Part shown: one piece after another, positions 26,314 to 36,602 of the stretch
Layout: every line of letters begins with the position of its first letter
How positions within the stretch are numbered: the first letter of the stretch is position 1
Assembly: GCF_000002075.1 (NCBI RefSeq)
Contig: NW_004797318.1
Coordinates: 1,035,737 to 1,099,736, forward strand
Direction of reading: 5' to 3'
Length of the DNA stretch: 64,000 nucleotides
Source: Aplysia californica
Lineage: Eukaryota
Position numbers and translations under genes: made by a program
Notes under the pieces: generated by a model
What the model was told of the DNA's origin: nothing
The model's database searches: none
The model's input: only the letters and a program-made list of their open reading frames with translations

Positions 26314-28521
26314 CGGTTACATTGATCTCACACATTGTGGGGAAAAGGTTTGTTGTCAGGAACTACCACCATTAGTGACTTCAAAGAAAACAAATCTGAA
26401 ATAAGAGTAACAGTTTCTAAATGATGGATCTTTGATCGCACTTATTGTGATTTGGCCTGTGAACCTGATGAATAATATTCCCCTTCATATCCACTTTATC
26501 TTCCAAAGTAGTTCAACGCTGCTATTTTTCAGAAGCATTTGCTTTTCTTCAGTTGCTTTTGCTTTCTGTCTTGTCGCTGGCAGTGTATCTGACCAGAACT
26601 GTGTCTGTGGATTTGTGTTGCTCTGTGAAAAATGTAGGCCAGGTTTACATAATCCTTTTGTTGAGAAAAAAAAAAGAAGAGACTTTATGAAACATAACTT
26701 AATGCCAGCGTTCGTTTTTGCCAGCGTTCGTTTTTGTCAATATGAAACTGAAATTCACCACTCACTGAACATCCCCACAGATTGACTTGCCTGAGTTGGA
26801 GAACCCCACCTCGGAGATGATTCGCTGTTTTGTGAATTTCCTCATAGACTCCAGGCCCAACGGTATCACCTTCTTAGTGATCAGGTGAGAAATATGTCTT
26901 TAAATATAGTCCTTTCATGTGCAGAGATGCCTTTTTTGAGGGTTGGGAGGTGTCTTTTATTTCCGTTATTTTCATCTGAAGGCACTGTAGATTAATTTCT
27001 GTTTAACTCCATAGAAGTTGAGGCTATTAACTGTCTTTTTGTGGGCAAATGCAACTTTGTATAAATTTGCAGGTATTTTCACAAAATGCCAGTGGCTTCC
27101 CTGAATATAGATAAAATTCAATATTTGTCTGTTTGTTGTTTGTGGTACGGCCCTTTTAGTTATAATCGGAAGAAATTTTATCTCAGATATAATTGGGATT
27201 CATGAATAGTCTTAACACCTCGGCAACTAAAAACACTGAACAAAAACTCATTTATGAAGGGCTTGAATGAAATGGAGGGATGGAGAATCATAATTGCCAA
27301 TGTGTACTCGAGACAAGACATTTGATGATAATGAATATGAATTGTTGATCATTTTTCTGTTTGGGAAATGCCTTATTAGCCAAACATTTACAAATGAATG
27401 GTTACCACATTCCCTCCCAACTGATGCCTTTTCAATTATTACCTTTGGTTTTTTTTGACACACACAGTGTAGGGAAACGACCCACAAACAATCGAACAAA
27501 AACGTTCAAAGAATCAACCCAGAAACATGGCACAGGGTTATTCAAAAGTTCCCGTGGTGTATTGGAACTTATATGAAAAGAAATGGTCTACACCTAGAGA
27601 TCTTAATTGCAAAGTTTTGCATTTTGGTTGATTAAAATTTAAAAAAATTAAATTTGGTATTTTTCGAACAAATGAATTTATTTTTGTCATATTGACTAAT
27701 GGGGGGCTCTCGTGGCCTTAGAGGTTAAGGTGTTGGCCTCTCATTCAAAAGGTCCCGGGTTCGAATCCGGGTAGCGACCGAAAAATTTTCTTCTCCAAAT
27801 TTGTCTCCTTTCACCTCATTTCCTGCTCTCTAGCAATTTTCTGTCGTCTGCTTTCGTCTCCTCTTTCTGCCCCCACCCCCTCACCTCCTTTGCCCCTTCC
27901 TCTGGGCTCCTGATTCTTTCTGCAGCCTTTCTACTGCTACTCCTTCGCTTCTTCTTACTGCTGTCTTTCAGCCTCACCCATGATCTTCTGGTAGGAAAGA
28001 TCTCCACCTAGCCTTCTCGGACAAGTGCGAAAAATCTCGGAGGGCCCGTGTACAAGTTGCGCACGTTTAAGGCCCCTTGATGGTCTAAAATCGATAAGAG
28101 TAGGCTTCGGCCGCCACCCGGGCAAAATTCAAAATTTCCTACCAACTGAAAACGTTAGGTGTGTCCCGCGCGCTCATATGACCTTATGCAGTTGCGAGTG
28201 CCGTAAAACACTTTACAAAAACAAACAATATTGACAAATGTGACGTCCCTATTGTTGAATTTTATTGCTGCAGATTTTTATTAAAATTAGTTCAAAGATA
28301 TTTGAGTTATATTGCAGTTTAAGCGGGTACTCTTTTGTTTTGTTTGAGACACCTGGTACATAAAGTTGCAGCTGTCCTTACACAATCATTATGTTTTTCT
28401 CCCTAGGGACGACAGCAAACACAGGCACCTATTCTTCCAGCACATGTTGGAAGATCGCACGGAAAACAGCATGTCCTACTACGAATTCCTGCAGTTCTTA
28501 CAGGGCAAAGCAAAGGGTTGA
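1321..28521 (+). CDS. SEC24A/B: Protein transport protein Sec24A/B (COPII inner coat), whole spliced gene model
   Basis: Phase-consistent GT-AG exons: (1321), 2565-3092, 5000-5104, 5700-5789, 8703-9355, 10081-10191, 10786-10901, 11390-11492, 13610-13736, 14517-14626, 15519-15585, 18312-18476, [gap], 20634-20732, 21151-21274, 21602-21760, 22320-22493, 22990-23100, 23647-23825, 24714-24851, 25945-26142, 26781-26884, 28407-28521. Pro-rich N-terminus, zinc finger CRSC..CNLC, trunk, beta-sandwich and gelsolin-like regions; A/B-type motifs [51 protein letters not shown]. Confidence 0.96.
2565..3092 (+). CDS. SEC24A/B: Sec24 exon, Pro/Gly/Gln-rich N-terminus
   Basis: Acceptor ttttctccag, donor A|gtaagt; [11 protein letters not shown]...HDGVPQ. 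Confidence 0.85.
5000..5104 (+). CDS. SEC24A/B: Sec24 105-nt phase 1-1 exon
   Basis: acccag|...TCAG|gtaaag; [35 protein letters not shown], open frame. Confidence 0.65.
5700..5789 (+). CDS. SEC24A/B: Sec24 90-nt phase 1-1 exon
   Basis: ctcatctag|...CGTG|gtaggt; [30 protein letters not shown]. Confidence 0.75.
6042..6810. mobile_element. pogo/Tc1-mariner-type MITE
   Basis: TA|CAGTCAAACCTG ... CAAGTTTGACTG|TA; related fragments near 1647, 8205, 14790 and 21798. Confidence 0.75.
8703..9355 (+). CDS. SEC24A/B: Sec24 large Pro-rich exon
   Basis: cttcccag| and |gtaggt; GC-rich, GAPSPAFPG...PPSQYG. Confidence 0.9.
10081..10191 (+). CDS. SEC24A/B: Sec24 exon
   Basis: cctcccag|GAPPGSYG...FGQMGVQ|gtgagg. 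Confidence 0.88.
10786..10901 (+). CDS. SEC24A/B: Sec24 exon
   Basis: [16 protein letters not shown]...KVNCSP; |gtgagt. Confidence 0.93.
11390..11492 (+). CDS. SEC24A/B: Sec24 exon
   Basis: [34 protein letters not shown]. Confidence 0.95.
13610..13736 (+). CDS. SEC24A/B: Sec24 zinc-finger exon
   Basis: [15 protein letters not shown]...[11 protein letters not shown]. Confidence 0.96.
14517..14626 (+). CDS. SEC24A/B: Sec24 exon
   Basis: [36 protein letters not shown]. Confidence 0.95.
15519..15585 (+). CDS. SEC24A/B: Sec24 exon
   Basis: [22 protein letters not shown]. Confidence 0.95.
16036..17970 (+). mobile_element. Internally deleted hAT transposon with transposase remnant
   Basis: Perfect 14-bp TIR CATAGCTGCCAAGT; ORF fragment ~17600-17840 SDNASVMIG...[10 protein letters not shown] with the hAT CxxH motif. 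Confidence 0.8.
16353..17322. mobile_element. Nested hAT-type MITE
   Basis: TIR AGACCTGCCACTC / GAGTGGCAGGTCT, target duplication cctacgg(g). Confidence 0.7.
18312..18476 (+). CDS. SEC24A/B: Sec24 trunk exon
   Basis: [27 protein letters not shown]...[10 protein letters not shown]. Confidence 0.95.
20634..20732 (+). CDS. SEC24A/B: Sec24 exon
   Basis: [26 protein letters not shown]. Confidence 0.93.
21151..21274 (+). CDS. SEC24A/B: Sec24 exon
   Basis: [24 protein letters not shown]. Confidence 0.95.
21602..21760 (+). CDS. SEC24A/B: Sec24 exon
   Basis: CISKYSAG...[19 protein letters not shown]. Confidence 0.95.
22320..22493 (+). CDS. SEC24A/B: Sec24 exon
   Basis: [23 protein letters not shown]...[10 protein letters not shown]. 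Confidence 0.96.
22990..23100 (+). CDS. SEC24A/B: Sec24 exon
   Basis: [14 protein letters not shown]...[13 protein letters not shown]. Confidence 0.95.
23647..23825 (+). CDS. SEC24A/B: Sec24 exon
   Basis: [17 protein letters not shown]...[15 protein letters not shown]. Confidence 0.95.
24309..24588. mobile_element. TTAA-flanked MITE (piggyBac-type target)
   Basis: TTAA|CTCTTTAAACCC ... GGGTTTATAGAG|TTAA; a similar element at about 15646-15826. Confidence 0.6.
24714..24851 (+). CDS. SEC24A/B: Sec24 exon
   Basis: [18 protein letters not shown]...[14 protein letters not shown]. Confidence 0.93.
24900..25260 (-). mobile_element. RTE-clade LINE 3' fragment
   Basis: [20 protein letters not shown]...IRWF, typical of the RTE C-terminal region. 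Confidence 0.75.
25945..26142 (+). CDS. SEC24A/B: Sec24 gelsolin-like exon
   Basis: [19 protein letters not shown]...SIPDGM. Confidence 0.93.
26781..26884 (+). CDS. SEC24A/B: Sec24 exon
   Basis: [26 protein letters not shown]...VI. Confidence 0.92.
27701..28227 (+). mobile_element. Full-length tRNA-derived SINE (family A; core resembles Meta/RUDI-type mollusc SINEs)
   Basis: A box and B box GGTTCGAATCC, core gcgcacgtttaag..ccc, stem-loop tail, 13-bp target duplication atattgac(t/a)aatg; family name from recall, not a search. Confidence 0.85.
28407..28521 (+). CDS. SEC24A/B: Sec24 terminal coding exon
   Basis: [29 protein letters not shown] then TGA TGA. Confidence 0.95.
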
Positions 28522-30374
28522 TGACGAGACTATTACATAGTCTTAGTCTGTTTACTTAGCTCTTCAACCAATTATTTGTAGATTGTGTTCCCCTCCTCAG
28601 AAAAAAAATCTATGTACATACTATTCAGCATTGTGATCTAATCTATATTTATTTCTCTGTCAAAGATTTGAATAGAATGTTTTCTGCAATGTACAATTTC
28701 CGTATGGTGAAAAACGAACACTGATTGTAAATATGTGTATTGGAATTATAAACGCAACAAAGGCAAATCATACAAACTCATTCAATTACAAAATCTTTTG
28801 TTCCCTGTATTCTGAATGTTCTGGTTTTGCATTTCAACTGCACTCTTGTGATCACATGTGGACAACTTTGGTGTGATGGATGGCAAAAGTGAGGCATGAT
28901 GTGTCCTTCTTAACGCGGGCACACCCTTGGTTGCTTCACTAAATCAAAGAAAGTTTTATGTTAATGAAGAATATTTAAGTAGAATTTCTGTTCCTTGTTT
29001 AAACAGGGTTGAAGAAGATTATTGTGTGTGCCTTTTATGTTCTATCATTTTTTGCCTGCAATGTCCCTCAAGTATTTGTTGCCTGATTCAGAGCCTTATA
29101 CAAGATAGTTTTGAAGTATAGACACAAACACACACTATCAGTTGCCCCCCCCCCCCCCCCCCCCCCCCCGGCTCTGATGTTACAGATTTTTTTCTGCACT
29201 GACTGAAACATTTTGTTATGTATAAGCAGAGTACATTTGCAGTTGGGCAGATTTTCATCTTTAAATGCTATGTAGCAGTCCCAGTATGTTCTTTGTGAAC
29301 TCAAACACGACTGACTGAGGGTCTGGGTGGACGTGTGTGTCGGTAATATCACAAGTGAATGCCATGTCCTGTTCGTGGTGTGTGCGTGTGCTGTGTCTGG
29401 GTAGATGGTGGGAAGATTTTAGTGCAAGGTTTGTCAATGGACTGTTTGACTGAAAGTCAGAATTTACAGGTCAGTCAAGGGAGTCATTTTGAGATTATGT
29501 GAGCTTGATGGACTATCATGATTTCTTTTTCACATTTATCTATCATTTCTTCTGTTATTTTCATGGCTGGGGCTGGTGTAAAACCCCTGAGCTTTTAAGG
29601 TCAAGCATATGGCAATGCACATGTCTTTAGCTCAAGGATGATTAAAAGTTAATAATGTTGTCTTTTTTTGGGGCTAAAAGTGCAAGTGCCCTTTTCACAT
29701 TCATCGGGACCAAAAACAAAGGATGCATGTCATTAATTGTCATGGTAGTTTGCCTCTTGGCCTTTCAGCTTAACAATGTTTGCAAAGTGCAATTCTTATT
29801 TTGTGGTGCAGTGAAATTTGCAAGACTGCTTCTATTTGGTACAAGTATTGAAAGAGAAAACACTTTCACTTAAACTTCATTTGAAGTTGTAAATGAGTTT
29901 TCATCATTAGCGTACCACAAAAAATATTGTCACGGTTGTATGAAATGATTAGGCGTTATACACCAAATCCCATTGTCGTTGGTCCGTGGGGGGGGGTGTT
30001 CGGGGCCGCAATTGAGCCACAATTCTGGATTTGTTCCTCTTTTTGTTGTTCTTAACACTTTGCAATCACACAGCCAGCAGTACAAAATATCCCATCTGGT
30101 CACCCAGCCAGGAGAGTGACTGCAACAGACTTCTCAGACCTGGCGCACTGGCGCAATAATGCGCATTATTGCGCCAAGTGACCGCAAGCGGCAAAGTGTT
30201 GACTTAATTACTGAATAAATTCATTTCAATGCACAAGAGTTGTCCCTTTGCAGATGTTAAAGATAAATTATAACACTTTGAATGAGCCAAATTTTGTTGT
30301 CTGGGAAAATTTGACATTTGGAATGCTTTTGCAGTATTGTCAGGAGTTTTATGAAGCATATTGAGATCACGCAT

Positions 30375-30877
30375 GGGGGCTCTCATGACCTAGAGGTTAA
30401 GGTGTTGGCCTCTCATTCAAAAGGTCCCGGGTTCGAATCCGGGTAGCGACCGAACAATTTTCTTCTCTAAATTTGTCTCCTTTCACCTCATTTCCTGCTC
30501 TCTAGCAATGTTCTGTCGTCTGCTTTCGTCTCCTCTTTCTGCCCCCACCTCCTTTGCTCCTTCCTCTGGGCTCCTGATTCTTTCTGCAGCCTTTCTACTG
30601 CTTCTTCTTACTGCTGTCTTTCAGCCACACCCCTGATCTTTGGATAGGAAAGATCTACATCTAGCCTTCTTGGACAAAGGCGAAAAATCTTGGAGGGCCC
30701 GTGTGCAAGTTGCGCACATTAAAGATCCCTTGGTGGTCTAAAATCGATAAGAGTAGGCTTCGGCCGCCACCCGTGCAAAATTCAAAATTTCCTACCAACT
30801 GATAACATTAGGTGTGTCCCGCGCGCTCATATGACCTTATGCAGTTGCGAGCGCCGCAAAACACTTACCAAAAAAAA
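30375..30877 (+). mobile_element. SINE family A copy in the putative Sec24 3' UTR
   Basis: Near-identical to 27701-28227. Confidence 0.85.
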
Positions 30878-33800
30878 CCCCCCACAAAAAATAACACAAA
30901 ATTTCCAGCCACCCAGTTAGTATTGACACCCTGGTTGTCTCGCATTACTCTTGTGGAAGGGATGGATCAAAATTCTTCCCTAAATTGAATTATTTTTTTG
31001 GTCCTATACAAATAAATGTTATTATGGACTTTGAAAATGGTTATATCATTTGAAATTTAAAGTTCAGAGATTTGGCAGTGTATGACGAAGGTAATATGCC
31101 TCTTTTCTTTTGCTCATTATACAACAGTTTCATGTTATGTGCTATCTTTTAACCTAAATCAAGTGTTGGAGGGAGAGCAACGTCTTTAAACTTGATGTCG
31201 GCATGAAGTTAAAAAAAAAAGAGATCAGGTTGTGTTGCAAAAATTCACAAATTGGATTGTTTCATCGTTATTTTGTTTTATGTAAAGTGAAGATGTTACT
31301 GTGGAAGGTCATACCATGAGAAGGTAATTTCCGAGTGTCTTGAAACGTTTGACCTTTTTGTAATCTCAACTTTTCTGTGCATTTTTTTTTTCTTTAGTTC
31401 ACTGTGTTTCTGTTTGCATTTTCCTGCTCTGAGTCTTTCACTTAGTGTTCTAAACTGCCCTTGATTTTTCATTTCTAGTAGATTTGACAATCTTTCTTTG
31501 GTTTTACACTGAAATTTGATTCAAAGATCAAAAGTTTTATTTGAAGTATTATTGCATACTTACAAAGTGCTGGCATGCTGACTTACACATTGAATTTCTT
31601 CTCTAATTTTTGCTTGAATTCAGTTGTAAATTATGTACCTTTGGGATCTCAAGTCATATTGTCAGGAAACATTTGAAAATGTTTATGGACATCAGCGTGA
31701 TGGTTTCAGTTTTCTTTTTACAAAAGGATGAAAATTTTGCTTTTTACAGAAGCATGAAACATTGTTTCCATCAGTGGGCGTTCTAGGGTCTACTAGGGTA
31801 AGAAGATAGTGACTAAAGTGCTTAGAGCTTGCTGTTGAGTGGGTTTATAATTTATGCGCTATACAAATGCTATTTATTGTTATTATTGTCACTGTTTGTC
31901 ACCTGAATCTGTGTCTATGAAGTTGGCTGGTCTGGGAATGGCTCAAGTGACTGGTACATCTAGTGTTGTTTTCAGGTATGATGTTCCTTTCATTGCTCAG
32001 GCAGGAGTTCTCAATCTTGGAAATACTTCTTTCAGTTTTGAATGTCCTTACTTCTTCTTTTGGCTTGTTTTCAACCATCACCATGCATGGGCTCTGTGAT
32101 ATAACTGAATTGCGAACTGTTTTGACAGTCATTTACAGCGATTTGTTGAATTTTGTCATTGTCTTTTTTTTCTTTTTCTGTCTTCTATCTTGGTGGGGGA
32201 GGAAGGTTTGTTGAATTTGTGTCTTATTTTTGGTTGGGGGTTTTTTTGGCTTTGTTTTTAACTCGAGGAAGGGGAATTGGATTTCAGGAATATGTGTACA
32301 CTGTGACTGTCACACGTTGCATTTTAATGGGTGAATGTCGTACTCCATTTATTTGTACTTGTTGATAGTGGTAGAAGGTTTTCTATTTGTAATTTAGATT
32401 CAATCTTGCTTGTAGTAGGGGCTTTAGAAGCATGCAATGCTGAAACTTGAAATCATCCCCTTAGTCACACAATGTATAGTTTGTTCAGTTCATGCTTAAA
32501 ACTTGATAATAGATTTCCTCTTGTGTTAAAAAAAAAATAATAATATACTGCCGTAAAAGATGTCTGCCGGGCAATAGGATTCTTTTCTTTGTTGTTGTTT
32601 TTTCCGTTTTAAAATGTCATAACCAAAGTCGAGCATCATTTCAGTATTCTTATGTTATTTTCTTTTCATTTATTTAATGCTTTGCAAATTCACAAAAGAA
32701 AGAATTGTGTTATTGCTCCCTTTTTTTTCTTCTCTTTCTCTTCTTTCTCGCTGTTGTGATTTTTTGACGGTGATTGGCTTAGTGGCCTGCTATCACTAGT
32801 CAAAACCAAAAGTCAGCAAAGAGCTGAACTTGGAGGAACGTTTTAATCATTTGTTTCATCTCATATTACTTTTATAAGTAAGCAACATTGTACATCCCCG
32901 GTATGAATTAAAAATACAATCAGGCCAGCAGCTCATAAGCTTCCGAGAGGAAAGGTTCAGCCTACGACTTCTCATTGTAGGTCGAACCTTTTTTACTCCA
33001 TACTCTTGAGGGTTGGAAATGGTGGTGTCGCTTTGTGATAGTGTTTCATATTTGACTTTTGTGTGCACGGTGCTGTGTTTTTTGCAATAATTCCTTTTAT
33101 TTTTGGCGTGATGGGAATGATTGGTTGGTGTGACTGTCTGACTCAAATTGTTTGCCATGGTGGAGTTTGTGGGATGATGACGATGATGTGCGTATGTGTT
33201 GGAAGTTGCATTTTTTTTCCCCAAAGTTGTTACATTGTTTGGATGTCAGTCCACGACTCGGCCTTCGATGATTGAGCGTAATCTTCTTTGTTGTTTTGTC
33301 AGTATTTAGGGCATCGGTGTTATGAATTTAAGCGTTCTGGTTTAGTCTGAGTTGATGATAATGGTGGAGGTGCATTTTATTTGAATTTCTCATTTGATCC
33401 TTCTACTATTCATCACACAGATAAGATATAAATTTAATTGAAAGTATATATAATGATATATACTGTATGTTTTATTCTACAGACTTGCAATATAATTATA
33501 ATATAGTGACGATATGGCCTGGGATAAACTGTCACGTTGCAAAAGCCCAGACATCGAGATCTTGTAGAATCTGTAAATTCCCTGTCCCATTTGTGAGGCT
33601 GTTTTCCTTATTATGTTTATGTCATTTTCTCGTCGTGTAACTTTTTTGTGATGGCTTCACTGTTTGAATGTGGTCATCTTTGCTCAGTGGGGCATTATGG
33701 CTGACTGTCTGATTGTGCATACTTTTGAACACCTGTTGCATTCACCAGATTGACGAAAAGAAGACATTTTTTTAGCTCGTTCTTTTGCCTTTATTTGTTG

Positions 33801-34037
33801 GTTTTTCAACATCATTATGGTTGTTACAATGTTGTCTTTTTGTGTGTTTGTGTGTGTGTGTGGGAGCTGTCGTTTCTCCCTCCTTGAATGTGACTGTTTA
33901 CTTCCTGGCTGTGTGAGCATTAGGCCACACAAGACAGGACAAGAACACCCCCTAACCCCCCTCCACAAACACTCAGACTCCCAGGCTGTTGTTGTCACAT
34001 GAAATGTTATTCATTCATACTTGAGAGAGAAAAAAAA

Positions 34038-34043
34038 AATAAA
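34038..34043 (+). terminator. Candidate distal Sec24 polyadenylation signal
   Basis: AATAAA followed by a GT/T-rich tract at the end of a long T-rich plus-strand region; another AATAAA near 31011. Confidence 0.45.
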
Positions 34044-34239
34044 TGTATGATACAAGTTTTTGTTTGTTGATTTTCTGTTTATAAAATTGATCCATTTTGT
34101 GGATGGTTGGCAGGTGCTCTGGTGTAGTTTGCTCTTTCTTCCCTATATATCAAAAATTTGTCTTTCTTATCTCTCGTCCTTCTTTTCTTTGTTTGTTACT
34201 CTCTAGTCTAGTAACGCTTCTAATAGTAACAGACCTGTG

Positions 34240-34435
34240 TCTATGGTGCAGAGGCTAGACACTTTGCTGTTGTTGAACACAGACCCAAGTTCGATCCCGG
34301 TGTGGGGAGAATTTTTGAGTATTTTTGCCTTTCTGTTGGGTTGTTGTATCCATTTCAACCCAATCTGACCATAACAGGCAGGGTCGAAGCCTGTCTCCTA
34401 AATGATCTAAATTGTCGTTGGAGGTGTAAAACACC
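34240..34435 (+). mobile_element. Second tRNA-derived SINE
   Basis: B box GTTCGATCC, tail tgatctaaattgtcgttggaggtgtaaaac. Confidence 0.5.
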
Positions 34436-34448
34436 TATTTTTTTTCCG

Positions 34449-34625
34449 TGGATGGTTGGCGGGTGCTTTGGTGTGGTTTGCTTCTTTCTTATCAAACATC
34501 CATCGTCCTTATCTTTCCTCTTTCCTTTTTGTGTTTGTTTCTCTCTTGTAACACCTTTATAATCTTTGGCACTTATATGACCTTATTGTGTTGCAAGTGC
34601 CGTAAAACTCTTACTAAAACCAAAA
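34449..34625 (+). mobile_element. Retroposon 3' end (family B); copies also at 35134-35325 and 57313-57475
   Basis: tggttggc.ggtgctc/ttgg...ggcacttatatgaccttattgtgttgcaagtgccgtaaaac + (ACTAAA)n. Confidence 0.75.
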
Positions 34626-36309
34626 GTATCTTTTTCCCTTTTTTTAAAGTAGGCCTATGAAGGGAAGTTTTTGTAATTTCACAATTCCAATTCTTAATGA
34701 TTGTAGATTCCTAGACCCCCAGAGCTATAGCTTCCGCAGACAGGTGGTATGACCAGTTGAAAGTCACTAGTGATATGATCTCCCCTGAGTGTATGGTACA
34801 AAAATGTACCGGTGGTCTTGTGGTTTGGCTCTTTGACAGAACTGTTTTTTAAATCTTGGGCACTTAATTGTCTGCCTGTACTGTACGCTCGCCAGGAAGC
34901 AGAGAGTGTTTCTGAGTTTTCTTAGGTCCACTGGAGTAATTTAATAGATTGTAAAGCACTTAACAGCTTACTGTTGAGAGGGGATATACCCTCGACAAAT
35001 CTCTACCCTCCTAGGCTAGGGGACTGAAAAGAAGCCTATTGGTTAAAAAAAAACAACCCTACATCTACAGGGTCCTTAACGAATAGATCTATCTAGCTTC
35101 TGATAGTGATATGGCTGAAATTTTTTTTCTGAGGGTGGTTGGTGGGTGTTCTGGTGTGGTTTGCTTCTTCTTTCCTATCAAACATCTATCTTCCTTATCT
35201 CCCCTCCTTTTTTATGTTTGTTAGTACATGTACTCTCTTGTAACACCTCTAATCTTCAGCACTTGTACTTATATGAACTTATTGCGTTGCAAGTGCCGTA
35301 AAACTCTTACTAAAACTAAAACTGAAATTTTCAATTTGAATTGATGAAGAGTTCAGCTGGAGCTGTACATGCAATTGGTTGTTAGTTTTCCCCTGCACAT
35401 GGCAAGACAGATCCTGATGAGTCAAGACTGGTCACAGTTTGTCTCTCGTCACTATCAGTCTACCACTAGTCAAGATGGCAGTCAGTGCTATCTCGTTATA
35501 CCGCCAGCTTCACTGTACCACAAACTTCATGCTAGTCCCAAGGCAGGCGGTACAGTAAGTATAACGGTGTTTAACTGAATATCTAAGGAAAAACAAAGAG
35601 TGTTTACCTACTGGTTAACGGGAATCCACGGAGGCATCGTTTCCAATCTTGATCTGTCAAGGCCAGATGGTCAGACTGAGCCGCTAGTGGACCCTACAAA
35701 TACCACAAAATGGAATTCTTTCCTAGTTTCCAGACTTGATTTTATTTTTTATAAGTTCAATGCCCTACTGTACACAAAGCAAGGAGAGAGACTCCATGTT
35801 TACAGCAAAGAAGTAGGAAGGAGAAATGGCAAAGACCTACATCAAAATAAACCAGACACTTGTAGTTGTTGGCTATACAGTAATGACTGCAGATTTTCCG
35901 ATGTACTATTCCAACTTAACAAATGTTTCATCGCCTGTTGGATTGCAGTAAGGCTATTGGTCAACCCACCAACTCGCTGTCAGGTTTCCATTTGCAAGTT
36001 CTGTTAGTCAACTGTGTGTCTCTTTGAAAAGAGTCAACCCCACCAAGTGCAGACACTTAAAATATTTTTAAAACAAGAACTGGGTTCAGATCTTGGAATT
36101 TTTATTATAAGAATATTAAGAACCACATTTTAAAATTTGCATTATAAGCTGAACCAGGAAAACACCAAATCATCCCCACAAGGAACACAAATTGTTCAAA
36201 AGCCTGCTTTCCTAACAACAATACGATTAGACATTTTAAAAAAAGACAACAAATATATGTGAAAATTATGAAACAATTTTAATTCTAATCTGTACACATA
36301 TATAATAAG

Positions 36310-36602
36310 CTAAATTTTCTTGAAAATCACATCCTCTCTTGAATTGACGGTCTGTAGTTCCACTTTCACTGGGCCTTTCAACCAGTGTGTGAGTAACTCC
36401 TCAGTGTATCCCTGCAGGAAGTAAACCTGTCGGGCCAGCATTCTGTCCATATTGACCAGGAAGACCAAAGTGATCATGTTGTGCCGTCGCTTTATCACCA
36501 CCTCTGATGCTAACGAATTATGCCAAGTGCCGAAAACAAATTTCCTGATGAACAAATCTTCAAATGTCGTTTCCGCAATACGTTTCTCGCCATGGAGATT
36601 GC
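36310..36602 (-). CDS. MRPS24: MRPS24 last exon
   Basis: tgtttcag|SNLHGEKRIAETTFEDLFIRKF...VIFKKI TAG. Confidence 0.95.

Noticed and set aside
27701-27780. tRNA gene
   Set aside because: The tRNA-like head runs into a SINE body with tail and target duplication; the same applies at 30375 and 43870, and the degenerate heads at 34240 and 47270-47360 also look SINE-derived
28519-28524. Stop-codon readthrough or selenocysteine at the Sec24 TGA
   Set aside because: Immediately followed by a second TGA, and the protein ends at the normal family position
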